A stretch of 64,000 bases of DNA from Burkholderiales bacterium (GCA_016790165.1 JAEUPL010000017.1:18983-82982); one strand, 5' to 3'. Shown: positions 47,814 through 57,080, numbered from the stretch's first letter. The notes: a model not told the origin generated them from the letters alone. Translations and numbers: made by a program.

Positions 47814-48524
47814 TCAGGCTGCGAGGTACCGATCACGCCAGACCGCATCCGCTTCCAGCACCGCAAAATCGCCGGCAAAACGCACGATGCCGCGTTCGAT
47901 CACCACCGCTCGGTCGGCGATGGCGCGGGCAAACGTGAGGTTCTGTTCGGAGAGCACAACACAGAGCCCCTCGCGCTTCAGCGCCCGCACGCTCTCGGCA
48001 ATGCGTTCGACGACGATCGGCGCCAGGCCTTCGGATGGCTCGTCGAGCAGGATCGCCTTCGGGTTGCCCAGCAGCGTGCGTGCGATGGTCAGCATCTGCT
48101 GCTCGCCGCCGGACATCTGGCCACCGGGCCGATCGAGCATTTCGCCGAGCCTGGGGAACAGTTCGCACACGCGCGCCACCGACCAGTGCGGTGCGTCGCT
48201 CACCTGCGCGCGTGACGGAATGCGGCCCACCTCCAGATTTTCGGCGACGGTCAGGCCGGTAAACACGCGACGCTCCTCGGGGACATAGCCGAGGCCCCGC
48301 CGCGCGATCTCGTGGGGCGTGAGTCCGGCGATGCTGCGGCCATCAAAGCGCAGCTCGCCGCTCACGTCGGGAAGCAAGCCGATCAAGGCCTTGAGCGTGG
48401 TCGATTTGCCGGCCCCATTGCGCCCCACCAGCACGAGCACTTCGCCCGCGTTCGCGCTGAAGCTGACGTCGAATAACAGCTGTGCCGGACCGTGGCGTAC
48501 GTTGAGGTGGCGAACGTCAAGCAT
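47814..48524 (-). CDS. branched-chain amino acid-type ABC transporter ATP-binding protein (LivF-like)
   Basis: Internal ATG 48524. Walker A GRNGAGKST, MSGGEQQML, LLDEPSEGLAP. Confidence 0.88.
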   Translation of the reverse strand: MLDVRHLNVRHGPAQLLFDVSFSANAGEVLVLVGRNGAGKSTTLKALIGLLPDVSGELRFDGRSIAGLTPHEIARRGLGYVPEERRVFTGLTVAENLEVGRIPSRAQVSDAPHWSVARVCELFPRLGEMLDRPGGQMSGGEQQMLTIARTLLGNPKAILLDEPSEGLAPIVVERIAESVRALKREGLCVVLSEQNLTFARAIADRAVVIERGIVRFAGDFAVLEADAVWRDRYLAA

Positions 48525-49308
48525 GGCCGCGCCCTGCGCCAACGGGTTGTCCGCCCAGGTACACCGCGCGCACCTCGTCGTTGCGCTGCACGGCGTCGGG
48601 CGAACCTTCGGCGATGATGCGGCCCCGATTCATCACGACGACGCGGTCGGCGAAGCCGAACACCACATCCATGTCGTGCTCGGTAAAGAGCAACGCCACG
48701 CCGCGCTCGCGGCAGGCGGCGACCGCCGTGCGCATCAGCGCTTCGCGCTCGTTGGGCGCCATGCCGGCCGTCGGCTCATCCATCAATAGCAGGCGCGGCG
48801 CGTTGGCAAACGCCATCGCCAGCTCCAGTCGTTTCAGATCGCCATACGCCAGCTCACTTGCCGGGCGCGCGGCGTCGGCGGAGAGCCCCTGTTCGTCGAT
48901 CAGCGCCTGCGCGCGGGCAGCGTGCGCCGCGGGCATCCAGCCCAGATATCGGCCCCAGCCCGCGCCGGTGCGGGGGGTGTGGCGCGCGTGGCTCGCGAGC
49001 GCCATCTGCACGTTTTCGCGCACCGTCATCGAGGCGAACGTTGCGGTGATCTGAAAGGTGCGCGCCACGCCACGCCGGAACAGTGCTTCCGGCGCGAGGC
49101 CGGTGATGTCATCGCCCGCGAGGGTGACACGTCCTGCGTCCGGCGCGATCTGGCCGTTGACGAGGTTAAACGTCGTGGTTTTGCCCGCGCCGTTCGGCCC
49201 GATCAGCGCCACCGCCTCGCCCGCGTGCACGGTGAAGTCGATGCCGCGCACGGCCGCTACGCCACCGAAGGACTTCTTGAGCCCGGCCACGACCAGCGCT
49301 GCGCTCAT
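48517..49308 (-). CDS. branched-chain amino acid-type ABC transporter ATP-binding protein (LivG-like)
   Basis: Internal ATG 49308 overlaps the permease stop (ATGA). GPNGAGKTT, AYGDLKRLE, LLMDEPTAGM. The N-terminal 343 aa of the track ORF are an out-of-gene extension. Confidence 0.88.
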   Translation of the reverse strand: MSAALVVAGLKKSFGGVAAVRGIDFTVHAGEAVALIGPNGAGKTTTFNLVNGQIAPDAGRVTLAGDDITGLAPEALFRRGVARTFQITATFASMTVRENVQMALASHARHTPRTGAGWGRYLGWMPAAHAARAQALIDEQGLSADAARPASELAYGDLKRLELAMAFANAPRLLLMDEPTAGMAPNEREALMRTAVAACRERGVALLFTEHDMDVVFGFADRVVVMNRGRIIAEGSPDAVQRNDEVRAVYLGGQPVGAGRGHA

Positions 49309-51206
49309 GGCCGCGCCTCCCTCGTGCGGGCCGGTCGCGCCTGCTTCAGGCGAGCCAGCAGCAACGCGGCGCTGCCCATCAGGCCGCGTGGAAAGCCAAG
49401 CACCAGCAGCAGAATGGTCGCCCCCAGCGCCGCGCGCCAGTATTCCGTCGTGCGCGCCAGCGTGTCCTGCAACCACGTAAACACCACCGCCCCGAGCACC
49501 GGGCCGGCGAGCGTGTTCACGCCACCGAGCAGCAGGATCACCAGCGCGTCCACCGAACGCGGAATCGCCAGCACATCCGGCGCAATCGATCCCTTGGAAA
49601 ACGCATACAGCGCCCCGGCCACACCAGCCAGCGCGCCAGCAATGATGAACACGGCCCACTGCACGGCGCGCGGCGCGATGCCGATGGCGCGCGCTTTGAC
49701 CACCGAGTCGCGCACCGCGCGCGCCCGGTAGCCGAGCGGCGTGTAGGTGAGCCACGCGGTGAACGCCAGCGCCGCCAGCACCACCGCGCACGTAAACCCG
49801 TAGAACGCGGCACGATCGGCCAGCCACGCCGGCGGCCACACGCCGGTGATGCCGTTGCTGCCGCCGGTCACGGCATCCCATTGAAACACCACCGACCACG
49901 TGATCTGCGCAAACGCGAGCGTGAGCATCGCCATGTAAGTGCCTGCAAGGCGCACGCTGAACCAGCCAAAAACCAGCGCGGCCAACGCAGCCAGCGCCAC
50001 GCCCGACGTGCAGGCCAGTGCCAGCCCGGCCCCGGCCCTGGCAGCCAGCGCCGCACCGTACGCACCCAGCCCGAAGTAGGCGGCGTGCCCGAACGAGCCC
50101 ATCCCGCCCGGCCCGATCACTAACCCGAGGCTCGCAGCGAACAGCGCAAAGAGCAGCATGTCCACACCGAGCACCAACGCATAGTCGCCCGCGAACCAGG
50201 GCAGCGCAAGCGTCACCATCGCCAGCACCGCGCACAGGGCAAGGCCCGCGCCTGACGGCACGCGCACCAGCGGCATGCTCACCACGTGCTGTCGCGCGTG
50301 CGCCGGTGGCGCGCCAAACAATCCGTGTGGCCGCCACACCAGCACCACGGCCATCACGATGAACTCGGCCACCAGCGTGAGTTTGCTGAACTCAAACTCG
50401 ACCCCGAGCAACGTCACCTCGCCCGCGCCGATGCACCACGCCTTCACCAGCGAAATCAGCACGGCCGCAAGATAGGCGCCGGGCAGGCTGCCCAGCCCAC
50501 CGACCACCACCACCACAAACACGTCAGCGATGATCGCCAGATCCATGCCGAGGCTCGCCGGCTCGCGCGGCAACTGCAACGCACCACCGAGTCCGGCGAG
50601 AAAGCCACCGAGTGCGAAAACCGCCGTGAATAACAGCCGCTGATTGACGCCCAGCGCATCGGTCATCTCGCGATCTTCAGTCGCCGCGCGCAGCAAGAGG
50701 CCAAAGCGCGTGCGCCGCAGCAACGCCGTGAGCGCCAGCAACACCAGCCCACCCAGCACGATCAAGAGCAAGTCGTAGCTCGGCACCGCGCGCCCGAAAA
50801 TCTCCACCGCCCCACGAAAGCCCGGCGCACGGGGGCCGAGCAAATCCTCTGCGCCCCAGATCGCCAGCGCCGCGTCCTTGATGACGAGCACAAGCGCGAA
50901 GGTGGCGATCAATTGCAAGAGTTCCGGCGCGTCGTAAATGCGGCGCAGGATCAGCACCTCCGCCACCAGGGCCACCACGGCCACCGCCAGCCCCGCCGCC
51001 AGTACACCGCCCCAGAACCCCAACGCGCCGCCCACGTGCGTCGCCACGCTGTACGCCACATACACGCCCAGCATGTAGAACGAGCCATGCGCGAAGTTCA
51101 CGATGCGCGTGACGCCAAAAATCAACGACAGGCCCGCCGCCACCAAAAAGAGCGACGATGCCGAGGCCAGGCCGTTCAAGGTTTGAATCAGAAACGCGGA
51201 GAGCAT
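49305..51206 (-). CDS. fused LivH-LivM-type branched-chain amino acid ABC transporter permease
   Basis: 633 aa. The N-terminal half is LivH-like (LNGL..ASSLFLVAAGLSLIFGV....NFAHGSFYMLG). The C-terminal half is LivM-like (GGMGSFGHAAYFGLGAY). Confidence 0.85.
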   Translation of the reverse strand: MLSAFLIQTLNGLASASSLFLVAAGLSLIFGVTRIVNFAHGSFYMLGVYVAYSVATHVGGALGFWGGVLAAGLAVAVVALVAEVLILRRIYDAPELLQLIATFALVLVIKDAALAIWGAEDLLGPRAPGFRGAVEIFGRAVPSYDLLLIVLGGLVLLALTALLRRTRFGLLLRAATEDREMTDALGVNQRLLFTAVFALGGFLAGLGGALQLPREPASLGMDLAIIADVFVVVVVGGLGSLPGAYLAAVLISLVKAWCIGAGEVTLLGVEFEFSKLTLVAEFIVMAVVLVWRPHGLFGAPPAHARQHVVSMPLVRVPSGAGLALCAVLAMVTLALPWFAGDYALVLGVDMLLFALFAASLGLVIGPGGMGSFGHAAYFGLGAYGAALAARAGAGLALACTSGVALAALAALVFGWFSVRLAGTYMAMLTLAFAQITWSVVFQWDAVTGGSNGITGVWPPAWLADRAAFYGFTCAVVLAALAFTAWLTYTPLGYRARAVRDSVVKARAIGIAPRAVQWAVFIIAGALAGVAGALYAFSKGSIAPDVLAIPRSVDALVILLLGGVNTLAGPVLGAVVFTWLQDTLARTTEYWRAALGATILLLVLGFPRGLMGSAALLLARLKQARPARTREARP

Positions 51207-51244
51207 GAACGTCTTAACGAGCCAAGTGTCCGGAGCACGATCAT

Positions 51245-51859
51245 CTACATCCGCGCCAACTGCCTGTCATGCCAGCGCGAGAAGCCCAGCAGAGCCACCA
51301 CCGCCCCGACGCCCGCCATCGCCATGTCCTTTTGCGTGTCCCACGGATCGCCCTGTGTGGCGAGAAAGGCATCCGCCCCCTCCCCCAGCGACACCGCGGC
51401 GCCCCATTCGATCAATTCGTAGATCGCGCTGATGCCGAGACAGGCCAGCACAATCACAGTGAACAGCCACTTGCCGGGCCGGAGCGGTGACGTGCGCAAC
51501 AGCAGCTCGCGCGCCACGAGCGCCGGAGCGAAACCCTGCATGAAATGCCCCACGCGGTCGTAGTGATTGCGCGACAGATGAAACGTATCGCGCAACCAAT
51601 TGAACAGCGGCATCTCGGCGTAGGTGTATTTGCCGCCCACCATGAGCACGATGCCGTGCACCGTGATCACCACCAAGAGCAGCGTGGTGAGCGGAAAGCG
51701 CCGCCACGTCACAAGCACGAGCGGCAGCGCAATGAACACCGGCGCCACCTCCATCGCCCAGGTCGCACGGTCCTTCGGCGCGACGCCGGACCACGCGAGC
51801 ACAGCCAGCGTCGTGACCAGGCATGCCCATGCGACGGGTGAGGCAGTCGATTTCGTCAT
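51245..51859 (-). CDS. DUF2238 (YjdF) family inner membrane protein
   Basis: Internal ATG 51859. Y...P.FNW.RD.F...RNHYDR.GHF.QGF.PA...RE pattern of YjdF. Confidence 0.75.
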   Translation of the reverse strand: MTKSTASPVAWACLVTTLAVLAWSGVAPKDRATWAMEVAPVFIALPLVLVTWRRFPLTTLLLVVITVHGIVLMVGGKYTYAEMPLFNWLRDTFHLSRNHYDRVGHFMQGFAPALVARELLLRTSPLRPGKWLFTVIVLACLGISAIYELIEWGAAVSLGEGADAFLATQGDPWDTQKDMAMAGVGAVVALLGFSRWHDRQLARM

Positions 51860-51935
51860 GTGCGCAGTGTACTGTCGGTCGTCGATCGCTTCCCCGCGCG
51901 GGCGACAGCCGCGCCAGCGCCGCATAATTCATCGC

Positions 51936-53144
51936 ATGCAACAGGCAGTCCTCACCCTCCCCCGCGACGCAGTGGTCAATCTGCGCTCCTCAAAAATCCG
52001 CGAAGTGGCCAACGCTGGTATGGGCCGCGACGACGTGCTCGCGTTCTGGTTTGGTGAGCCGGATGAGGTGACGCCGGAATTCATCCGCACGGCCGCGAGC
52101 GAGAGCCTGATGCGCGGTGAGACGTTTTATTCGCACAACCTCGGCCTGCCGGAGCTGCGCGCGGCGGTGGCGGATTACCTCGCGGCGCTGCACCCGAACG
52201 CCGATGCACCGATTCGCGCTGAGCACATCGCCATCACCAGCGCTGGCGTGAACGCGCTGTCGCTTGCGGCACAGTGCATCGTGAACCCCGGCGACCGCGT
52301 GGTGTGTGTGACGCCTCTGTGGCCGAATCTCGTAGAGATTCCAAAAATTCTTTCGGCGGACGTGACCTGCGTGGCGCTGCATTTTGGCGAGCGCGGCTGG
52401 CAACTAGATCTGGATGAACTGCTCGACGCGCTGACGCCGGACACGCGCTTGTTGATGGTGAACTCGCCCAACAATCCCACCGGCTGGACGCTTTCACGCG
52501 TCGAGCAGCAGACCATCCTGGCGCACTGCCGCAAGCACGGCATCTGGCTCCTCGCGGACGATGCCTACGAGCGCCTGGCATTTGAAGAGGCGGCGTGCGC
52601 GCCGTCGTTCTTCGACATTGCGCACGCGGACGACCGGCTGGTGAGTGCCAACACCTTTTCCAAATCGTGGCTGATGACGGGCTGGCGACTCGGTTGGCTG
52701 GTCGCGCCGACACCGTTCATCGAGCAACTCGGCAAGGTGATTGAGTACAACACGTCGTGCTCGCCGGTATTTGTGCAGCGCGCGGGCATTGCGGCGATCA
52801 CGGGCGGCGACGCCGTGATCGCGCACACACGGGAGCGCTTTCGCGCCGCGCGCGACCACCTCTGCGCGGCGCTCAACGCGCTGCCCGGCGTGCACGCGCC
52901 GCCGCCTCCGGGGGCGATGTACGCGTTCTTCCGCGTTGACGGCCTGACCGATTCGCTGGCGTTCTGCCAGCGGCTGGTCAGCGAGCACGGCCTCGGACTC
53001 GCGCCGGGCGCGGCGTTTGGTGACGAGGGCGAGGGCTTTGTGCGCTGGTGCTTTGCCAGCGATCTGGCGCGACTCGATCGTGCCGTCGAACGTTTTGCTC
53101 GCGGTTTGAGCGCGTTTCGCGCCGCTGCAACAAGGCGCCCCTAA
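51936..53144 (+). CDS. pyridoxal phosphate-dependent aminotransferase (class I/II)
   Basis: Internal ATG 51936. Y....G...LR.A.A.Y, NSPNNPTG, SKSW.MTGWR(L)GW Lys motif. Confidence 0.88.
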   Translation: MQQAVLTLPRDAVVNLRSSKIREVANAGMGRDDVLAFWFGEPDEVTPEFIRTAASESLMRGETFYSHNLGLPELRAAVADYLAALHPNADAPIRAEHIAITSAGVNALSLAAQCIVNPGDRVVCVTPLWPNLVEIPKILSADVTCVALHFGERGWQLDLDELLDALTPDTRLLMVNSPNNPTGWTLSRVEQQTILAHCRKHGIWLLADDAYERLAFEEAACAPSFFDIAHADDRLVSANTFSKSWLMTGWRLGWLVAPTPFIEQLGKVIEYNTSCSPVFVQRAGIAAITGGDAVIAHTRERFRAARDHLCAALNALPGVHAPPPPGAMYAFFRVDGLTDSLAFCQRLVSEHGLGLAPGAAFGDEGEGFVRWCFASDLARLDRAVERFARGLSAFRAAATRRP

Positions 53145-53197
53145 GACTTTTCGCAAAATCATTGCCATTCAATGAGTTAAGGCGTAGTCTTCAGACT

Positions 53198-54016
53198 ATG
53201 CCTACAGTAGCGCTCGTAAGTCGAAAAGGGGGATGCGGCAAGAGCACGCTAGCGACCAATATCGCTGCGTACTTTGCGCGCACCGGCCTGCCGATCACGC
53301 TCGGCGATCTGGATCACCAGCAGTCGATGCGCGTGTGGCTGAAACGTCGCCCGAGTGCTGCCCCCACGATCGCGGGTTGGGTGGGCGACATGCAAAGCAG
53401 TGTGCGCCCGCCGCTGGGTGTATCGCATCTGGTGCTCGATACGCCCGGCGGCCTGCACGGCCTGGCCCTCGCCAAAGTGGCGATGGTGGCCGATGTCATT
53501 CTGATCCCGGTCGCCGGGTCGGTGTTCGATCGGGAATCAGCCTCGGACTGCTGGGCTGAGTTACGCACGCTGCCCCGCGTGCTGAATGGCCGCTGCCACG
53601 TCGCCGCGGTCGGCATGCGCCTCGACCGGCGCACCGATGCCGAAGAAATCACCAGCGCGTGGGCGAGTTCGATCGGTTTAACCTGGCTCGGTTCGCTTCG
53701 CAGCTCGCAGGTGTATGTGCGCGCCGTAGAGAACGGTCTGAGCATTTTCGATATGCCGCCAAACGTCACCGGCATGGACATCGAACAATGGCAGCCGGTG
53801 CTTGACTGGCTGCGGCAGCACGGGTTTGTGCAGTCGACCGCCGACGAGGTGCCCGCGGCGATGCAGGGTTCGCCATCTCGGTTGGGTGGCATGAGCAACG
53901 TGCGTATCTTGCCGCGCGTGAAAAATCCTGCCATTGCGTCACCTGCCGAAGCGCCGGCGGCGGCAAGCCGCGGCTTCGCGCGGTTCGTCCCGCGCTTTCT
54001 GCGACCGCGCGGGTAG
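53198..54016 (+). CDS. ParA/MinD-like P-loop ATPase with an about 70-aa basic C-terminal tail
   Basis: Internal ATG 53198. Deviant Walker A SRKGGCGKST, LDTPGG, IPV..S.FD. Confidence 0.8.
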   Translation: MPTVALVSRKGGCGKSTLATNIAAYFARTGLPITLGDLDHQQSMRVWLKRRPSAAPTIAGWVGDMQSSVRPPLGVSHLVLDTPGGLHGLALAKVAMVADVILIPVAGSVFDRESASDCWAELRTLPRVLNGRCHVAAVGMRLDRRTDAEEITSAWASSIGLTWLGSLRSSQVYVRAVENGLSIFDMPPNVTGMDIEQWQPVLDWLRQHGFVQSTADEVPAAMQGSPSRLGGMSNVRILPRVKNPAIASPAEAPAAASRGFARFVPRFLRPRG

Positions 54017-54027
54017 CCGCCGCGCCA

Positions 54028-54276
54028 TCACTCGATTCGCGTCGCTCGCCTTGTGCGGCCGCCCTGAGTGAGCGCGAAGGATGCAGCTTTGCCAGCAGCG
54101 ACGTCCGAGAATTCGATGTCGAGCGGCGTGACGCGTGCAAAGAAGGTGGTTGCCGATTTGGCAAACAATTCAAACTCGCTTTGCCCCGTCGCTTGCGCGA
54201 AGAGCTTGCCGTCGCGACGTCGCACCACCACGTCGAACCCCGGCGCCAGCGCGTAGCGGCCCACGTAGGCTGCCAA
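54028..54276 (-). pseudogene. stand-alone DUF3471-like domain (normally the C-terminal domain of beta-lactamase-family serine hydrolases); probable gene remnant
   Basis: The only start is TTG 54276. The frame stays open 54 nt further upstream without a start. Pattern Y.G.Y......V.V....GKL.......SEFEL.......FF........I.F. Repeat copy 5 begins 64 nt upstream. Confidence 0.45.
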
Positions 54277-54340
54277 CTCCCCCTCCGCGCGAGATTCGCG
54301 ACGAAGCGACGAAACGCCTGCCCGAGGGTCTCACCGTGTT

Positions 54341-54458
54341 ACAGCTTCTTGCCTTGGACGGCTGTGGATTGTCAATTAGGCGCCGATTTGTTGCCAAGTC
54401 GACTTCAAACAAAACATGCGCGAAAAAGCCGTCCGGCTGTCGTTACAGCCGGAAAGCC
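54341..54458. repeat. 118-bp bipartite intergenic element, copy 5 (ends degenerate)
   Basis: CAGCTTCTT 54341-54349, centre AGTCGACT 54396-54403 (59-nt arm). Right terminus GAAAGCCA (5/8) at the exact 59-nt position. Confidence 0.6.
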
Positions 54459-54651
54459 AATTGCAAACCCAGCGTGACGATGGCGTGGGAAGCCGCGTAG
54501 CGCCCCGCATCCGACAGCGCCTGAACAATTTTTTGCTGAAACGATTAAACTCTCAGACAATGCCTTCGTCATATTTCGTGATGAACGTGCCATCCATGAG
54601 TGGCACGTTGCGTCGGTCGGGGGACCACCACGTATGCCGAGAGGAGCATCG

Positions 54652-55308
54652 ATGTTGAAAAATTCCTTTTTGGGTCGCCGCGACGAGGCGGCGGCGGGCC
54701 ACCGCGCGTCACCAGACGCGCCACGCTACGCGCCCGAGCCGAACGCCGCACCGCTGAACGCAGTGGCCGGCACACCCGCGGCCACGGCGCGCGCATCGAG
54801 CGGCGTCGGGCCAGCGCCGGTGCCCAGCACGCCCTCGCCTGTCGCGGCGGTGCCCGGCGATTCAGGGCAAACCGGAGCACCCCGGCTCACCGTGGGCCCG
54901 AACATTCGCCTGAAGGGCGCAGAAATCAATGACTGCGACACACTGGTCGTCGAGGGCCACGTCGAGGCATCGATGGACAGCCGCACGCTGGAAATCCTGA
55001 AAACCGGCTCCTACGATGGCACCGTGAGCATCGATGTTGCCGAGATCCACGGCAAATTTCATGGCACCCTGACCGCGCGCAAGAAGCTGATTGTTCATGC
55101 GTCCGGCTGCGTGTCGGGCACCGTGCGTTACGGCTCGCTGCTGGTGAGTGAAGGGGGCGTCGTCAGCGGCGATGTTGCAGCCATCGACGGTTCAGGCCCG
55201 GCTTCGCCCCCAGGCAATGGCTTTGCCGGGTACCCTTCGGCGCGCAATGCCGCGCGACCAACGGCCGAATCAAGCACGGCGAACGGAGCAAGCCATGCGA
55301 CGGCCTAG
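54652..55308 (+). CDS. bactofilin family cytoskeletal protein with a Pro/Ala-rich N-terminal region
   Basis: ATG 54652 with GAGGAG SD. Repetitive beta-helix core (I.L.G.EI.DCDTLVVEG.VE......T.LEI...G...G...V..AEI.G.F.G.L.....L.V...G.V.G.V.Y). Confidence 0.82.
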   Translation: MLKNSFLGRRDEAAAGHRASPDAPRYAPEPNAAPLNAVAGTPAATARASSGVGPAPVPSTPSPVAAVPGDSGQTGAPRLTVGPNIRLKGAEINDCDTLVVEGHVEASMDSRTLEILKTGSYDGTVSIDVAEIHGKFHGTLTARKKLIVHASGCVSGTVRYGSLLVSEGGVVSGDVAAIDGSGPASPPGNGFAGYPSARNAARPTAESSTANGASHATA

Positions 55309-55630
55309 CACGGCCGGGCGCTGTGCCCGCGCGCGCCAGATACGCGAGGCCGTGGGGCGCGCACTCCTGCGGCCCCTGGATCACGCGATCACGCTGCGTT
55401 CCGCACAGTGGCTGGTGGCACGCGAACGACTGCTCACGCAGTGGCTTGCGCGCACCGGGCAGCGCGCTCGCGCCAGCCTGCCACCCAAGCCCAGGGGACG
55501 CCCCAGCGGCAAATGGCGGGACGGCGCGATCCGTCTGTTGCCGTGGTGGGAATATGAGAGCCCGCTCAAGCGTCGACTGGCGCTGGAGGCAACGTTGCAG
55601 CGCATGTTCTCCCTGATGCCCGCAACTTAA
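55295..55630 (+). CDS. hypothetical small basic protein
   Basis: ATG 55295 overlaps the bactofilin 3' end by 14 nt. Third-codon positions are mostly G/C by eye. No family recognised. A competing antisense ORF exists. Confidence 0.35.
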   Translation: MRRPSTAGRCARARQIREAVGRALLRPLDHAITLRSAQWLVARERLLTQWLARTGQRARASLPPKPRGRPSGKWRDGAIRLLPWWEYESPLKRRLALEATLQRMFSLMPAT

Positions 55631-55703
55631 GGAAACGCTGAACAAGTCTCACGCGAGCGTCGGCCCGCACGGACCGACGCTCGCCGCGTACACTGGCAGC
55701 ACC

Positions 55704-56417
55704 ATGCTGCCGATCCCATCCGCTTCGGGCAACCGAGGGCTGTCGCCGTTGCCGCCCGGCCAGCGCGAGGCGGGTCGCTTTCATCGCTTTGGATTGTGGC
55801 CCTACGCCTCCCGTTTCCCGCGCCACGTGGCAACGCCGTCGCTGGACGTCGTTGGCGCGGTGGAACGACCACTGCAATTGCGCGACGCGCTCTCCGGATT
55901 ACCCCGGCACGAGATCCGCTGCGATTTTCACTGCGTGACCACGTGGAGCGTGCGCAACCTGCGTTGGGGCGGCGTGCGTTTTGTTGATTTCTTCGAGCAC
56001 GTTGTTCAACCACAGGCAGCGCCGGCGGCGACGTCGACGGTCGTCGCGCTGCGCGGTCAGGACGGTGCCCGGACCGGCATGCACCTCAGCGACCTGCTCG
56101 CGCCGGACGTGCTGCTGGCCGATACGCTGGACGGCGCGCCGCTGGGCATTGATCACGGCGCGCCGCTCAGGCTGGTGGCGCCGGCCCACTACGGCTACAA
56201 ATGGGCCAAACACCTGTCGCGCATCGAGTTTCTGCCGGCCGACACGCTCTATCGTGTCGCCGGCTGGCGCTTCATGGATCATCCGAGAGCGCGCGTGGCG
56301 CTGGAAGAACGCGGCCGCGTGGTGCCCGGCTGGTTGTTGCGCTACCTCTACCGACCGCTGATCAATCCCACCGCGGCACACTTTGCGCGTAGCCACAGAC
56401 GGTATCAACAGCGATGA
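55704..56417 (+). CDS. molybdopterin-dependent oxidoreductase (sulfite-oxidase fold, no signal peptide seen)
   Basis: FHCVTTWS, L.D...G.PL...HGAPLRLV.P..YGYKWAKHL..IEF motifs of the SUOX/YedY-like Moco domain. Confidence 0.8.
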   Translation: MLPIPSASGNRGLSPLPPGQREAGRFHRFGLWPYASRFPRHVATPSLDVVGAVERPLQLRDALSGLPRHEIRCDFHCVTTWSVRNLRWGGVRFVDFFEHVVQPQAAPAATSTVVALRGQDGARTGMHLSDLLAPDVLLADTLDGAPLGIDHGAPLRLVAPAHYGYKWAKHLSRIEFLPADTLYRVAGWRFMDHPRARVALEERGRVVPGWLLRYLYRPLINPTAAHFARSHRRYQQR

Positions 56418-57064
56418 ACCGCGACACCAGCAACACGGCCTTGCCGTGCGCAATACCCGACGATGCCATCGACAGCGAAGCCGCTCTCAACGCCCTGTTC
56501 GGAGCGGCCGGCGAAGCCTCGTTGCGCAAAGAGGTGCCGCACCTGCACTCGACCTACCGCCAGTGGATTGAGCGCTCGCCGTTCGCCGCCGTCGCGACCT
56601 CCGGGCCGGGTGGGCTCGACGTGTCACCGCGGGGCGACCCGGCCCCGCTGGTGCGAATCGTTGACGACCAGACCTTGCTGCTTCCGGAACGACGCGGCAA
56701 CAACCGCGTCGATGGTCTGCGCAATCTGCTGCACAACCCGCAGATCGCGCTGCTTTTCTTCATTCCAGGCGTCGGTGAGACCCTTCGGGTGAATGGTCGC
56801 GCAGTGATTCGCACGAAGCCCGAGCTGCTGGCCTCCTTCGCCATGGATGGCGCACTGCCAAAGTGTGTCGTGGAAATCCGCGTCGACACCGTGTTCTTTC
56901 AATGCGCGCGGGCCATGCTGCGCTCGCGTTTGTGGCGGCATGAGGTGCGTCCGGATGGCGTGCCAACGGCCGGGGCAATGCTCGCCGCGCTCTCAAGCGA
57001 TGAAGTCGGCGGGCCCGCTTACGACCGCGATCTGCCCGCACGGCAGAGGTCGACACTGTATTAG
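56414..57064 (+). CDS. PPOX-class FMN-dependent flavoprotein (pyridoxamine 5'-phosphate oxidase-like)
   Basis: ATGA overlap with the upstream gene. SPRGD.P......D...L..P.R.GN.R.D.L.N...NP...LLF.IPG..ETLRVNG.A pattern. Confidence 0.75.
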   Translation: MNRDTSNTALPCAIPDDAIDSEAALNALFGAAGEASLRKEVPHLHSTYRQWIERSPFAAVATSGPGGLDVSPRGDPAPLVRIVDDQTLLLPERRGNNRVDGLRNLLHNPQIALLFFIPGVGETLRVNGRAVIRTKPELLASFAMDGALPKCVVEIRVDTVFFQCARAMLRSRLWRHEVRPDGVPTAGAMLAALSSDEVGGPAYDRDLPARQRSTLY

Positions 57065-57080
57065 GAACGGAGGGGTGTGC

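Noticed and set aside
49309-50337. N-terminal 343 aa of track ORF 48517-50337. Similar long N-terminal extensions occur in ORFs 25324-26643, 51624-53144, 53048-54016, 56847-57521, 36281-37336 and 59881-61524.
   Set aside because: The extensions overlap the preceding genes in another frame. The family-typical N-termini begin at internal ATGs (49308, 26068, 51936, 53198, 57081, 37045, 61413), often with an SD or an ATGA stop-start overlap.
55163-55645. 160-aa minus-strand ORF between the bactofilin and Moco-oxidoreductase genes
   Set aside because: It has no motifs, and it would run antisense to the bactofilin 3' end. The plus-strand ORF 55295-55630 is at least start-coupled to bactofilin. Neither is strongly supported.
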